64,000 bases of DNA. Source: Octopus vulgaris. Taxonomy: Eukaryota. Both the position numbers and the translations under genes were made by a program. Of this stretch, positions 44,401 through 58,329 are shown piece by piece; the stretch's first letter is position 1; each line of letters opens with the position of its first letter. The notes beneath the pieces are model-generated. The model did not search any database. It was not told the origin of the DNA and worked only from the letters and a program-made list of their open reading frames with translations. The DNA lies in contig OX597822.1 in assembly GCA_951406725.2 (NCBI GenBank), positions 84,568,001 through 84,632,000 of the forward strand. Direction: 5' to 3'.

Positions 44401-44769
44401 GATGTTTTTGAGGAAACCAACAATATTTTACAATGTTTTAATAGGTTTTAGCACGCTTAGATGTGTGTTTTCCTCCAAATTGCGTTGAAAATCTTTTGAA
44501 GAATTTGCTTTTTCGCTTCCCAACATCGATCAAAAGACAGTGCAAGGCATGTACTGATGTCGGTTACATGGGTTATGCACCTTCCCTTATATATTGTGTC
44601 AAATGGAAACTGTAAATATTGTTTTTGTAGCTGTTTTTATATTTGTTACATGAGTAAGTCTAGCGAGTCAAAGAGTACACGAGTACTTAAGATGCTAAAA
44701 TTACAACTGTTATCGTTTTACTTATGAACACGAGTGATGTCATCGGTAACACTTCTTCCATGATGTATA

Positions 44770-44997
44770 CGTTATTGTTGATGTTGTTTGTTGTTGTTGT
44801 TGTTGTTATTGTGATGCCGCTGTTGTTATTGTTGCAGCTGTTGTTGTTGTTTTTGTTGATGCTGCTGCTGCTGTTGTTGTTGTTGTGATGCCGCTGTTGT
44901 TATTGTTATTGTAGTAGTAGTTGTTGTTGTGTTTGATATTGTTGTTGTTTTTGTTGCTGTTGCTACTGCTGCTGTTGTTGTTGTTGCTGTTGTTTGT
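44770..44997. repeat. (GTT/GCT)n tract
   Basis: Direct reading. Confidence 0.92.
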
Positions 44998-45697
44998 TCA
45001 CAAGTCAGCTTTTATCAAGTAGACAAACGATCAACGGCTTTCAAGTTGTGACCATCCCATCAGCTTCTTTCAAGCGCAGCGTCTGTAGGACCACACTATC
45101 AAATATATCCTTCTCTTTTTAAAACGATACGATTTGATTTAAGAGATTTGGTTTCTATTTCTAGTAGATTAAGCGAACACGTAGAAGCTCTCCAGGCTGT
45201 TTGAGATGATGAGGTTGGTTTTGACCATTTCTGCAATCTTGATTGATCAGATTTGACTAAAGACTAAACATCACTGTATTCGCATTCAACACATTTTAAA
45301 TCTTTAGTCACTACGCAATACTTGACCGCACTACATCACTTCAATACTTAGCGGGTTCTTCATTTTCCGTAAAGATCTAGAATTTGTGCGACACTCAAAT
45401 GATTTTACCAACCGAACGCTCTCAATCTTAAATTCTCAATAAAAGAATATTATTTATCAGTTCACATGTGTGTGACTCAACCGAATGTCTTTTTAACGAC
45501 ATACATACAGTTTATCGAAATACAGTTTGTAGGAACCCGTAGCTCTCAGTAGAAGTCGATCGAATTGACAATTAATCAAATTTTTGGAATTATAATAATT
45601 ATGGTAAATAATAGAATAAGGGTGTATTTTTACCATTTATTTAAATGTTTTCAAAAATTGAAATAAAAAAAAACTAGTGTAGTTAATATGTGCACAT

Positions 45698-46002
45698 GGA
45701 CACACGACTTAGTGGTTAGGACATACAGTTAACAACCGTAAGGGCGTGGGTTCGATTTCCGGCGAGTTGTGTCCTTGAGCAAGACACTATATTTCACGTT
45801 GTTCCAGTCCAATCAGCTGGCAAAAATGAGTTGTACCTGCAATTCAAAGGGCGAGTCTCGTCACGCTGAATCTCCCTGAGAACTACATTGAGGGCAGGCA
45901 TGTCTGTGGAGTGCTCAGCCGCTTGCATGTTAATTTCACGAGCAGGCTCTTCCGTTGATTGCATCAACTGGTATTAACGATATCGTAACCGACAGAGTGC
46001 CT
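45698..46002 (+). mobile_element. SINE family C
   Basis: TTAGTGGTTAGG...GGGTTCGATTTCC; colinear with 14037-14362. Confidence 0.85.
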
Positions 46003-46967
46003 GAATGGACCATATTTCTGAGCTGTTTTCGGTAACGTGAGATTAATATAACATTTTTTATGAAATAATTATTATCAAATGTGACAGTATAACCTTTTCT
46101 CTTGAAATATTTCTCGTAAGTCGAATACTTGCTTATAATTCGATCAACTTTATTTTCGATCAATTGTATTTCGATCAGTTGTGATAACGGACACCAAACT
46201 ATATTTAGCACGCTGAAAGCTCACCTGAAGCATTTTACCTCGAAGCTAGACTGGATTTTACCTTAAAACTAGACTCAAAGAAAACATTGGAATGAACTAA
46301 CAGGAGATGAGTGGTGAAAATTTTCAGGATATAATGTGTTGTTGTTGTTGCTGCTGTGGTTTAGTTGAATCCTTATGGAGCACGTCTGTCTTCAAGGTAC
46401 GAACAGGACAGCATCGAACGTGTCATACCATTTCTTAAGAAATCAATGTATGATTTTTGGGGATATTAGGTTGCTATTTCTGCCATGTTCAATGGCGACC
46501 TTGAGATACCATTCGTGGTTTGAGACTGTTTCATTGTGTTTGGTTTCGTCTGTTAATCTCTTGAGAATGTGAAATCCCAACTGGAAGATATGGATTGCCT
46601 GCTTCAATGTTTACTTGGTTGCCTAGCAACGTTTTAATATTCATTTAGCCCTATACATTTATTATTAGCTGTAATAATAAAAAATATGAATTATACAAAG
46701 TCTGTCTAGACGACTTCCGTGTTCAGAATAATGTCGTACACTGACCTTACATATGTATATTTTGAACACACACACACACACACGCACACACACACACACG
46801 CGCACACACACACGTATACATACATACATATATATATATATGTATATGCATATAAGCATTTATATATGCTTGCGTGTGTGTGTGTATATATTTATTCAAC
46901 CACTTGTTAGCCTTAGGATTACGGCTGTTTTGCAATCTTCATCATGTAATAATAAATTCAGAGTATA

Positions 46968-47134
46968 GTTCTATATCTAAGAGATGAGGAATTATGTACA
47001 TTATTTACATTCGACGGATATTTGTCCTTAGGAACGAGAACCTAGGTTCGAAATTTCCCCAAGACACCTGATGAAGGCTGGAGGGTATATCAGCCGTAAC
47101 GTTGTGTTAACAACAAACAAGATGAGGACAATAT

Positions 47135-47165
<31 letters not shown>

Positions 47166-47561
47166 ATTTGGTTCAAAAGCAAATAGCAAGGCCATGTAGG
47201 GGGACATGGAGTTAAGTACAGGGTGGTGTTCATGTAAAGAGTTCAGGCCACTTGAGGTCAAGGGAGGCTTTGAACAAAGCGGTCGTCGGCATCTTCACCA
47301 TCTCGTCTGGCAGCTTGTTCCACGGATCCGCAACCCGGACGGAGAACAAGCTGCCAGACGAGATGGTGAAGATGCCGACGACCGCTTTGTTCAAAGCCTC
47401 CCTTGACCTCAAGTGGCCTGAACTCTTTACATGAACACCACCCTGTACTTAACTCCATGTCCCCCTACATGGCCTTGCTATTTGCTTTTGAGCCAAATTA
47501 ACTAACTAACTAACTAACTAACTAAATATCCGTCAAACGTAAATAATGTAAATAATGAAAC
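46968..47561 (+). mobile_element. Truncated HHR-bearing element (family of 50294-50717) with an inverted tail copy at 46968-47027
   Basis: ACAC-CTGATGA-A-GGCTG-loop-CAGCC-GTAAC-GTT-GTGT at 47064-47107; interrupted by the LINE palindrome. Confidence 0.85.
47131..47529. mobile_element. Palindromic CR1-type LINE 3' end with (TAAC)n tails at both ends
   Basis: About 190-bp arms, 23-nt loop; minus strand encodes FSVRVADPWNKLPDEMVKMPTTALFKASLD. Confidence 0.9.
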
Positions 47562-47585
47562 CAAACTAGTTTTTAAATAGTAGCA

Positions 47586-47630
<45 letters not shown>

Positions 47631-48322
47631 ATATAGATATATATATACACGCACTCAAAAATCCTTTTGACCGAGAGTCGCAGTAATTAAAGTTTCACTG
47701 CAGTGAGAGAAACAATTCTGGGTTTCGTAAAAATTTAAAGGTTAAAGGTTTGAGGAATTAGGTAAAAAAAGAGAGGATTAAGGTTCCAATATGAGATTCA
47801 ACCGAGGTCATAGAATATATTGGCACACGCACACACGCCCCCCCAACACCCCCCACTCACGCAACCATACACACATATACACACACACTCAACCACACAC
47901 AAACACACGCACATGTAAGAACAGACAAGTACACATACACGCATACGCAGGCAGACACATATGCGCGTATACATGTATGTAAACAGAAGCAGATTGACCC
48001 TTTAATAACACGCCGGGCCAGTATTTATATAAAGATGTGAGGTGGGCATAGAATATTTCCAGACTCTTGTACATTTTGTCTGAGAGGGAGATTGGTGGTA
48101 ATGGTTGGTGGTAGCAAAGGTGAGAGTAGGAGTGATTGTGGAGCGGGAGACGGAGGGTGGCTTCGATGTGTTGTCATAATCTTGAGTTGTATTTACACAA
48201 TGAAATTGATATTGGAATATAGGTTTATACACAGCATTTTATATAAACAGTCTTATCAAATTGCTGACATACACATACATCCTGCAGACACGTGCAGAGC
48301 GACACACACACACACACTCACA

Positions 48323-48363
<41 letters not shown>

Positions 48364-48390
48364 ACACACACACGCACACACACACATACA

Positions 48391-48627
48391 CACAGATGTG
48401 TACATGTACATATTCATATATACACGTATACACACATATGTATATATACATATGTGTGCATAAACTATAAATATTGTATAACGTACATACGTACCTACGT
48501 GCACACACACATACACACACGCACAGATGTGTATATGTACATATTCATATATCCACGTACACACACACACATATATACATATGTCTGCATAAACTATAAA
48601 TATTGTATAACGTACATACCTACCTAA
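48391..48627. repeat. About 130-bp tandem duplication
   Basis: CACAGATGTGTA...GCATAAACTATAAATATTGTATAACGTACATAC occurs twice. Confidence 0.88.
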
Positions 48628-48669
48628 GTACACACACACACACACACACACATATGACTTTATTGGTTA

Positions 48670-48872
48670 GAACTATCGGATATGGTTATACACCGCTGGT
48701 CACATTACGCTTCCCCGCATTGTTGTTGTTTCCGAATGATCCCACCCCACTGGCTGGACGGAGTGGTCAAGCACTCTCTCTTTGCAGGAGACGCATGTCC
48801 GTCTCGGGATTCACAGCTGAATGAATTGGAACAAAGTGGAAGAACACAACGCGTCACCAGTCTGGGAAACGA
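48670..48872 (-). mobile_element. Decayed SINE (family D-like tail)
   Basis: Reverse complement resembles CCAGCGGGGTGGCGTCATT...TGTGACCAGCG of 35640-35715. Confidence 0.6.
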
Positions 48873-50293
48873 ATGTGTGTGTGCGTGCGTGTGTGTGTGT
48901 GTGTGCGCGCGCGCGCGTCTGTCACTCTGCAAGTGTCTGCAGGATTTTAGCGGAGGAGCGGAAGCAGGGCTAGTGTTGCAACAACAACAGCAGCAGCAGC
49001 AGCAACAACAACAACAACAAAAGTATGTTTGATGACATTAGCGTCGGCTTTTTCAAAGAGAAGACCAGATAATATATGGAGGTGCGCACATGAAAATTTT
49101 AGCAACTGAATCATAAGAGCCAAACGCATTTAAGTTGAAGTTGATGGTTTGAAGCATAGCAAGCTGTATAAACGTCCTTGATTCTAAGCTTAACCTAACT
49201 GTAGAATCATGCAATCTCTTCAGGAAACCACGACCCACTATTTGTACAAGCCCGTGGAATCAAATTCCCACCCACCGTCATCAAATATATCAGTAAGAGA
49301 GTTAACGTTTTACTCGCAAACGCTTAACAGACATGGCCGCCGCGTTTTACTACAATGTGGCTGTACCAGGCAACATTAGAATGAGAAAAAAATATATGTT
49401 GTCACTTGTAAACAACTAAAAGCGTTCCAAATATACCAGAGAAAGGTATTTAATATGGTTTATCACTTATGTAAATTATGTAAAGCTCAATGCAGCAGGG
49501 GACTTCTTTCGTATAAACAAACATTTTCTTTATAAACCATTGGTTGTTCAAAATAAACTACACAAACCGTTCAAAGGTGAACTTCATCTGCAAGGAAAAT
49601 GTCGTGAGAAATATAAAAATATATCTTGATGATGTCACCACAGTGAAACACATCGGCCACCTGGTCACCCAGTGAAAACATCTCGAATATTCATTAAACA
49701 ATCGCCTGCACTAAGATATTCTGTCACCGTTACTTAGTAAAAGCACAGAAAATCGGAAATGCATTCGTAGAGACTGAGGTGTTGTTACTGAAACACTTTA
49801 ACGACTCAATACTTGTTAACGTTTAGAAATGGGTTTTAAAAAATTGAAAATTTCACATCTCACCCGTGGTTCTGTAGAAAAACGATAAAAATTTTGGTGT
49901 GTTATCATATGTCTAAGTTTTTTTTCTTATGAATTTTAAGAAATAGCATTAAGGCGTGTAATACAAAACAGAATTCTATGACCATATGTCAAGTCTATGA
50001 CGTCAGGTTTATGAAAACTTTATGACGTCAGATTTACGGTGTTAAATCTTTTTTAACCTGCTTATATTTCTATCAGGACAGTGATAATTACAATAGCTCA
50101 GATAAACTGGATGCATGAATATTTAGGAAAAATTTGTGATTCTTGTTGTATCTTGGGAAGGTCAGTAAGCCAATAACAATAACACACGCACTAGTTCAAG
50201 ATTACTTCTTTATTGTTAGTCAATTGGTTAAATATCTAAACAACAAACAAATCAAGCATTTGGTGAATGTACTAGTTAAACAATCAATTGGTT

Positions 50294-50717
<424 letters not shown>

Positions 50718-51129
50718 AATTGGTTGGTTGTTAGAGAAAATTCTTTGTTCGTTCTTCGCGAAATTCTCAGTGACTTGCCCTCTCGTCTCAACGTCTGCTT
50801 CCGAGTCATTCTGCATTTCGGTTTGCCACATACGCATAAAATATACTTCCAAGAATGGACCAAACAAAAGAGATTTATCCATGATAAAACAACGGACGAT
50901 TGACGTCAAATATTACAATCGAGGGGCGGTGGAGCGTGGGAGGAGTGAGGAAAGCCACAACGAAGTCACTGACAGGATGTGAACGAAGTATTCTGTATTA
51001 CAGGTCTGTTGTTATTAGATGTTCCACACTTACACCAACCGTCAATCACGAACGCGTATCGTTTGCTTGTTGCTTGGCTACCTGTGTAGGGATGAACAGC
51101 CATTGGTGCCTTCTCGTTCCCCTTACCAT

Positions 51130-51855
51130 TGATCATTTCGAGGAAGACAGTTGTGGCATCAGCATAAAGCTGATACTCATTACAACTGAAAAGACTGGAA
51201 TAACGAGAAATAAACTGCCTTGCTCAAGATTGGTGTTGCAAAGAGTCTTGTTGGTCTCTCGCTCAACTGCACCCCCACACATAAGAATGAAGGAGGTTGC
51301 AGTGTGGTGAGTTAGGTGGCCGATGTTAGGGGTGATGTGGTCGCAGAAATTGTCTGACAGCCATGACTGGGTTATCCTGCTTGTGTGGCATGATGCAGAG
51401 TCCTATTGCCAGACATAGGATCTTCATGCAGCCACCCTCTTGACCCAGGGCAGCACTACCTTCTCCAGACACTGGATGTAGGCCTCCGTGTTGATCTGAG
51501 GCCGTGTAGGAAGATGAGTGGAGGCATAACGTCGCCATCACTAGTCATCACTCCAAACATCATACTGTTAATTGTGTTTGATTTTTATCACTCTCGATAC
51601 ATGTTTTGAGGACACAGCAAGCCAACGGTTATTCTGTGTATTCACCAATTTTTCGTATTGGAGCTTCCGGCGCGAATGCCAAGCAATATAGCATGTCGTT
51701 CCCATTTCTGACAGAGTGAATTGTGTCATGATGCTGTTTTTCTCACAGACGGTGCCCAACTGACCCTGCTATACTGTGTAGTCGACAAAATAAAAAACAA
51801 TGCGCATGCGCGAAATTAAAAATATAAAACAGCGACAATCTACTCATTGCGCCCC

Positions 51856-51858
<3 letters not shown>
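51130..51858 (-). mobile_element. Decayed, internally deleted Tc1/mariner-superfamily transposon
   Basis: Minus strand VMMFGVMTSDGDVMPP and YVWQ*DSASCHTSRITQSWL (QQDSAPxH motif); terminus next to (TA)n. Confidence 0.75.
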
Positions 51859-51925
<67 letters not shown>

Positions 51926-51926
51926 C

Positions 51927-52033
51927 CACGACGGGTGTATGAACATTTTTGAGCCTTGTAGTCTTGTACCTTCATCAGAAGTCTTGTACCATGTTTTGTT
52001 TTTTTGAGGCTCAAGATTTTTCATACACCCCAC

Positions 52034-52036
<3 letters not shown>
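51927..52036. mobile_element. 110-bp MITE with about 30-bp TIRs
   Basis: CACGACGGGTGTATGAACATTTTTGAGCCT / AGGCTCAAGATTTTTCATACACCCCACGTG. Confidence 0.75.
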
Positions 52037-52078
<42 letters not shown>

Positions 52079-53321
52079 ATATGCATAAATTAATGATATT
52101 TACACGTTTATAAACACACACCGTGCGCACACACACACATAATATACATATGTATGTATACACATACTGTACATACATTTGTATGAGTGTGTAAAATATA
52201 CAAACATACATAATTCCTTTGACATTGAAATCGGTAAACAAACCAAACTACGGTATTTATCACTAACAACAGAGAAAACAAACAGTAATTTTCTTTACAT
52301 TTACATTTGTAATAAAATACCACTCGCTAGATAGAACTGAAAAAGCTATTTATCAGAGGAAGTAAGCAGAAGTCACTACAGGCTTCACAAAGCACTGTGC
52401 ATAATGCATTATCTCTGTCTGTCTGCATGTATGTATGTGCACGTATGTGTGTGCATGTAAGTACATATGTATGCATGTATATATGCATTTGTAAATATAC
52501 TTTTCCTCTTTTTAATTTAGTTTTCACCGGCCACCTGCTTAGAAGCAAGGTTGTGAAGAGAAAGCATCTTGTTTCGTTCACCATCCTTTAAATCTTAAGA
52601 AGGTCTTGCACATTTTTTTATCCCTGATAACGCCATCATTTATTGTGTATGAATTGAGCATTTGCGTTCTATCTGTAAGAACCTAAGTTCAGCCGTACTT
52701 TACTCCAGACTGGTCGGTATGTATCCTGTTGCTCCAATAATAATAAGTATGAAGCTGAAAGTGTGTATTGGGTCCTGGGTTTTCAAACTCCGTGTCCATG
52801 GTCCCTAAATGTCTTGTACTTTTCTAACCACATTGGTGCCCAGAGACCAGCTGATTTCCACAACAGAGCATATTATTTTCTGTGTGGTGCCACATTTTAA
52901 TATCAGGCCGGTTGTGTTGTATGTATGTATGTATGTATGTATGTATGTGTATATACAGTTGTCTTTAGGTTTACATAAAAGAATGGCACTGCGAGTCACC
53001 TCGCAAACCGAACTCGTGCAAATGGAGAGATATAAGTTTTAAATTATAGTATCAATAAAAAAATAAAAACTATAAAACTTCATATATTATTGAAATACGA
53101 ATAATGAAACGGATATTGTGCGCGCGCGTGTGTATCTCTCTCTATATATATTGTATATATGTATATTTATATGTATATACATACATATATACATACATAA
53201 ACAAACACACGCACACGTATACATATACATGCACGCACACGAACACACACACACTCACACACGCGCGCACACACACGCGCATGCACGCACGCACGCACAC
53301 ACACACGCGCATGCACGCACG

Positions 53322-53393
<72 letters not shown>

Positions 53394-53767
53394 CTTGTAC
53401 AACCATATTTAATTTGTTCGAGTGAAATCGGATGTGCAAAAACCATTCGCTGCGGAAATAACTCCGAGAGAATTTCTTCTCACTGATAAAAAGGTGTGAA
53501 AACACATTTGGCTACGGATAATGTAACCGAGACGCATATGTTTCGGCATCTTTGCGCATCGTCAGCTACAAATACCAAAATCGCCTTACATAACCCTATA
53601 ACAAGGATAGTTCTCATTTAAGAAGAGTAAATTATATGTTTTATTTATATATTTCTGCACAATTATATTTTAATCAACTCTGCATCATGCGACGCTCGTT
53701 CTTGAATTCCAGCTTGATCAGTCTCTATATACATGAGTAAATAAATATACAATCGTGAAGTATATTT

Positions 53768-54107
53768 GTCACCTAAATGTGGCTAATTCTTAAGGGTTGA
53801 TGCTACTGTAACTTGTAGCCCCAGGAAGACATCTACTCCAGCTGACTATTGACATACTATCTGTGCCCTATCAGATATTTGCAAAGGGACGTCATCGTTC
53901 CCATTTCCAACCTGACGTGATACACACGGACCCGAGTTTCTGGATATTGACCCGTCACCAGAGTATGAAAACCACCGGTTGGCGATGGGAAGTGATTCCC
54001 AATGTAAATATATATACTTTTTTCAGTGACGTCAGGCTGGAGATGGGAACGATGACTTCCCTTTGCCAATACTGATAGGGCACAGATAGTGTGTCAATAG
54101 CCAGCTG
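53768..54107. mobile_element. Inverted-repeat element (80-bp arms 53839-53918 / 54029-54107) with left extension
   Basis: Arms are reverse complements; extension resembles the arms of the 40972 and 19817 elements. Confidence 0.8.
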
Positions 54108-54863
54108 TCGTGCGGCTACTGTTTATACCTCGCTCAGAGATTTATTATTAAATATACAATGTTTTGCTTCTATGTTAAATTCTTGCTTTTGCAGGATGAT
54201 AGAGAATGTGAGGGAAGAGAAAATAACAATTACTACGGTAAAGAACAATATGTTACACGTCACTTCATCTGTTGACTGGACGATTCAGGGCGATGGTTGA
54301 CCGCTTGTTTAAGGACGTTTTGGCACTATCGAAGGGATGCACAAGCTGTTCATTTGTAGCCTGCACATTGAAGCAAGATTTCGAATGAGTTTGCAAAAGT
54401 AGTCTTTGAAATATCCTTTTGTGGATGGATAAATTATTTATGATAATTTCGCATTTAAAGATTAGTCCACCAAGTGGCATTTTATTAATTTAATTCAAAT
54501 TAATATATTTTAGATAAGCCTATGTGCTTTATTGAAGATATAAGATTCAGAGGGAAATATACACATTATATATGAAAATATATACGTCACATAAATATAT
54601 ATGCTTCTCATGTAATATATAATTTACATATGGATACATGTAAATACATCAGTTTATATGAAGTATGTATGTATCTATGTATTACATAAGGATATATGTT
54701 TCACAAAGGACTATGGAAATCTAGATAAGTATATATATATATGCTTTATATAGAGTTTATACTTTGTTAAAGATATTTTACATAATAACTGATTTATAAA
54801 AGAATATTAGCCTCATGTATAGATTTACAAAATCGTATATATTTCACAGGAATTTGTTTTGCT

Positions 54864-54948
<85 letters not shown>

Positions 54949-55126
54949 ATAGTTCAGTTTTATTTGAAGATTTCTGGCCAATAGAGAAAGAGACAGTTTC
55001 TAACCTAGATCCATAGCGCCTTCATTGGAATTTCATCATCAGCAACATGGTGTTTTTGTATGTATGTATGTATGTATGTATGTATGTATGTATGTATGTA
55101 TGTATGTATGTATGTATGTGTATATG

Positions 55127-55515
55127 CAGGCGTGGCTGTGTGGTAAGAAGCATACTTCCCAACCACATGGTTCTGCGTGGCACCTTGGGCAAGTGTCTTC
55201 TACTATAGCCTCGGCCCGACCAAAGCCTTGTGAATGGATTTGATAGACGGAAACTGAAAGAAGGCCGTCGTGTATATATCTTCCCTCTCGGGATCTTTCC
55301 TTCTCCTATGTTTCCGACGAAGAGCTCCGCTCGAAACGTTAAACCCTCCTTCTTCCCTTCTTTCCTGAGCGTCCAATAATACTTTATTTGTTCCACGTCC
55401 TCGCGTTGTTGTGTATTTTGTTTTTTTGTGTTTTCTTGTTTGGATTAACTTTATCTCTCTCTCTCTCTGTCTGTCTCTCTCTGTCTCTCTCTGTCTCTCT
55501 CTGTCTCTCTCTCTC

Positions 55516-55570
<55 letters not shown>

Positions 55571-55775
55571 GAGTGTGTGTGTGTGTGTGTGTTTGTTGCC
55601 CTGCCATCGCTTGACAACCGATGTTAGTTTGTTTAGCAGTTCGGCAAAAGAGACCGATAGAATAAGTACTAGGCTTACAAAGAATAAGTCCTGGGGGTCG
55701 ATTTCTTCGACCAAAGGTGGTGCTCCAGCTTGGCCGCAGTCAAATGAAAGAAACAAGTAAAAGAATAAGAGAATA
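55127..55775 (+). mobile_element. SINE family B interrupted by an HHR-bearing insert
   Basis: Head GGCGTGGCTGTGTGGTAAG, tail GGCCGCAGTCAAATGAAAGAAACAAG; foreign segment at about 55280-55455. Confidence 0.88.
55310..55344 (+). ncRNA. Very compact HHR-like motif (U4C variant)
   Basis: GTTT-CCGACGA-A-GAGC-TCC-GCTC-GAAAC-GTT-AAAC. Confidence 0.65.
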
Positions 55776-55865
55776 TGTATATATATTACACATATTTACA
55801 TAAGGGGTGTACGCTTTGTATTCAGATTTAGGCTTTACATACGATATATTATTTATTCAAGGATA

Positions 55866-56445
55866 TACGACGTCTGATCAATAGATATCCAGACTGTTGC
55901 CATTGTAACGAAGCTAAAGCATGCATAGTGAAGCCGCTAGGCGCAGAAGATTGACTTTGAATTCCGTTGTGTATGTGCACTAAGTTTTAACGTTCTAACT
56001 CACTTCCGCTGTTTGCAGCAGTGCTTTGAATGAAGGTGTGTCGCCTGTGATCGTCGCATTGACCATTACAGAGAAAGTTGTCATGGTAATACCTGCCAAG
56101 TTTCTGCCAAAACTGCTTTCAGCTGACCAAAAAGACATCCGGGTTTCAGTTGCGCAAGATCTCCTTGATTGTGTCGAGAACGATGGAAACTTTTTGAAAA
56201 CTTAGCGTAGGCCTCTGAGCAGGTATCGCCAAGCTTTTGGCAAAATTTGATGCAGATTCTCTGCTCAACTTTCTCTGTCACGGTCAATGCAACGATCACA
56301 CGCTACACGCCTTCCTTCCAAGCACTGCTGTAAATAGCGGCAGTGAGCTAGAACGCTAAAAGTTAGTGCGCATGCACAGCATAGTTTCAAGGTCAATCTG
56401 TGCCAAGCGGCTTCACTCTCCGTGCTTTATTGACCAGACCGAATA
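55866..56445. mobile_element. Mariner-derived MITE with about 200-bp inverted ends
   Basis: 55866-56080 resembles the reverse complement of 56266-56445; ORF 56081-56299 TEKVEQRICIKFCQKLGDTCSEAY. Confidence 0.85.
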
Positions 56446-56509
56446 TGGTTTACATAGAATACATATATGCGTCACATAAGATATTATGCTGATATATATT
56501 AGACAATGA

Positions 56510-56900
56510 GCAAAAAAAAAAAAAAAAGAGAATGAACGAGTGTTGACGTTTTGGATGCTAATCTCTTCATCAGAAAAAATTAAAAAAGAAAGAATTGGGT
56601 AAATATAAAGGGAAAACGGTGATGAAAAAGAAAGGAAACGGTTAGCAACCAGGAAATGGGATGCGGTCTATGAGGGAGCTAGGAAGGGAGGAGAAGACGT
56701 TGTGGTTGTGTGTGTATATATAAGTAAGTATCCGTGTTTAGAGATAGGCATTATGGAGGTATATGTGTGTGTGGTGTGAGGTGTGTGTAGTTCCTTGGGG
56801 GTGTGTGGAGAAGTGGGAGAATAATGGAGTGGGATAGAAGTTGTGTGGGGGATTGGTGTGGAGGTATAATCGTAGATTATAAGGATATATAGTTTATATA
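56510..56900 (-). mobile_element. Decayed PLE-like 3' region with degenerate HHR (56541-56580)
   Basis: Minus strand CTGATGA-A-GAGAT-TAGC-ATCC-AAAAC-GTC. Confidence 0.4.
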
Positions 56901-57339
56901 AGGATATTTAAATTTTATATAAGGAAGTATATTTTACATGAGGAAATTGAAATAATTAAGGGGATTTTATGCACGATTAAAAACTAACAAGTTGGTCTCA
57001 CTTGGAGCCAATCTCTCAAAAGGTTTCAGCACATATAAAAAAATATCCGATTCTGTTGATCTAAGGACAATGTATTTATGCGTAACTTAATGCAAGAGGT
57101 TAAGAGCTCTAACCACTGGCTTCTGGATGATCATTGTGGTTCTTTGCAGACTTAACTTAAACTCACAAAATAAACTCTTCTGTAACTCTACTGAAAAGAA
57201 AAGAGAAATCCCTGTCGTATAACATTGTTGAAGACATGCTTTGGGATGGAATTGATCTTTGTAAAAATGCTTCATTAAAAAAAAAGAAGAAAACTAAATT
57301 TATACAATGAAGATAAGTAAGTACTGTCTCGAAACTTGG

Positions 57340-57550
57340 CCCTCATTGATCCCGTTACCTGGCTTCCATGGCATATAAGTGGTCGAGATTACAAAACTGC
57401 CCCTGGATGGCACGCCAGTCTATCGCAGGGTTAGTCATTTACAGCTGAGTGGCCAACGTCAAAATGAAGCGAAGAACACAACGCACCATACTCTCTGGGA
57501 ATCGAAACAACGACCATTAGTCTAACACTAAAACCACTTGGCCAAGCATC
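57340..57550 (-). mobile_element. Decayed SINE with family C core
   Basis: CATTTACAGCTGAGTGG core; GGGAATCGAAAC B-box complement. Confidence 0.6.
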
Positions 57551-57644
57551 TTCACGAAATATAAACGCAAAATTCACAGACCTTTATAGAACATGGTTGT
57601 GCGCGGTTGCGTTGTTTCATATATAATTTTTATTGTCATATAAA

Positions 57645-57888
57645 GGAGCGGCGAGCTGGCAGAATCGTTAGCACGCCAGGCGAAATGCTTAGCGGTATTT
57701 CGTCTGCCGCTGCGTTCAGTGTTCAAATTCCGCCTAGGTTGACTTTGCCTTTCATCCTTTCGGGGTCGATAAATTAAGTACCAGTTACACACTAGGGTCG
57801 ATTTAATCGACTTAATCTCTTTGTCTGTCCTTGTTTGTCCCCTCAATGTTTACTCCACCCCCTGTGGGCAATAAATAAATAAATAAAT
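57645..57888 (+). mobile_element. Full-length SINE family A
   Basis: GGCGAGCTGGCAGAATCG...GTTCAAATTCC...(AAAT)n tail. Confidence 0.92.
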
Positions 57889-58329
57889 AGTTATTGTCAT
57901 AAAGAAACAATACATGTTTATGCAACGTATATCGCGCATTGTGTGTATTTCTGAAATGTAGAACAATGTATATTTATAAGATATACACTGCAGCAGCAAT
58001 GTGTTTATGTAGAAGCAAACAACAAGGCAACTGCCCTCTCCAAACAGCGCTGGTTTATGTAAACGGATTAGAAATGTGTAAGGCATTTTGGCGAATGTGT
58101 AGGTGAGCATGTGTGTATTTCAAGTGAGGGTGGATGAGTTTATACACATAGGCACATGTACGTAGGTGTTCGGGCGCGCATGTGTATGTATGGATATGCG
58201 CACTTACGCGATTACTATGACCATTTTTACTCACTTGCCTTTACTCCCTCCTCTTACTTAGCGGTCACTCTAATAGCTCTTTTGTTTTAATAACAGTCAA
58301 TCACACAGTAATTTCCCTTTGTTATAACG

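Noticed and set aside
48980-49022. PolyQ coding
   Set aside because: Short CAA/CAG run in an ORF assembled from SINE and CA repeats
49998-50031. Two TGACGTCA (CRE-like) sites
   Set aside because: Part of a local short duplication; no supported promoter
54985-55045. CTGATGA...GAAAC on the minus strand next to (TA)n
   Set aside because: Stems I and III cannot be formed convincingly
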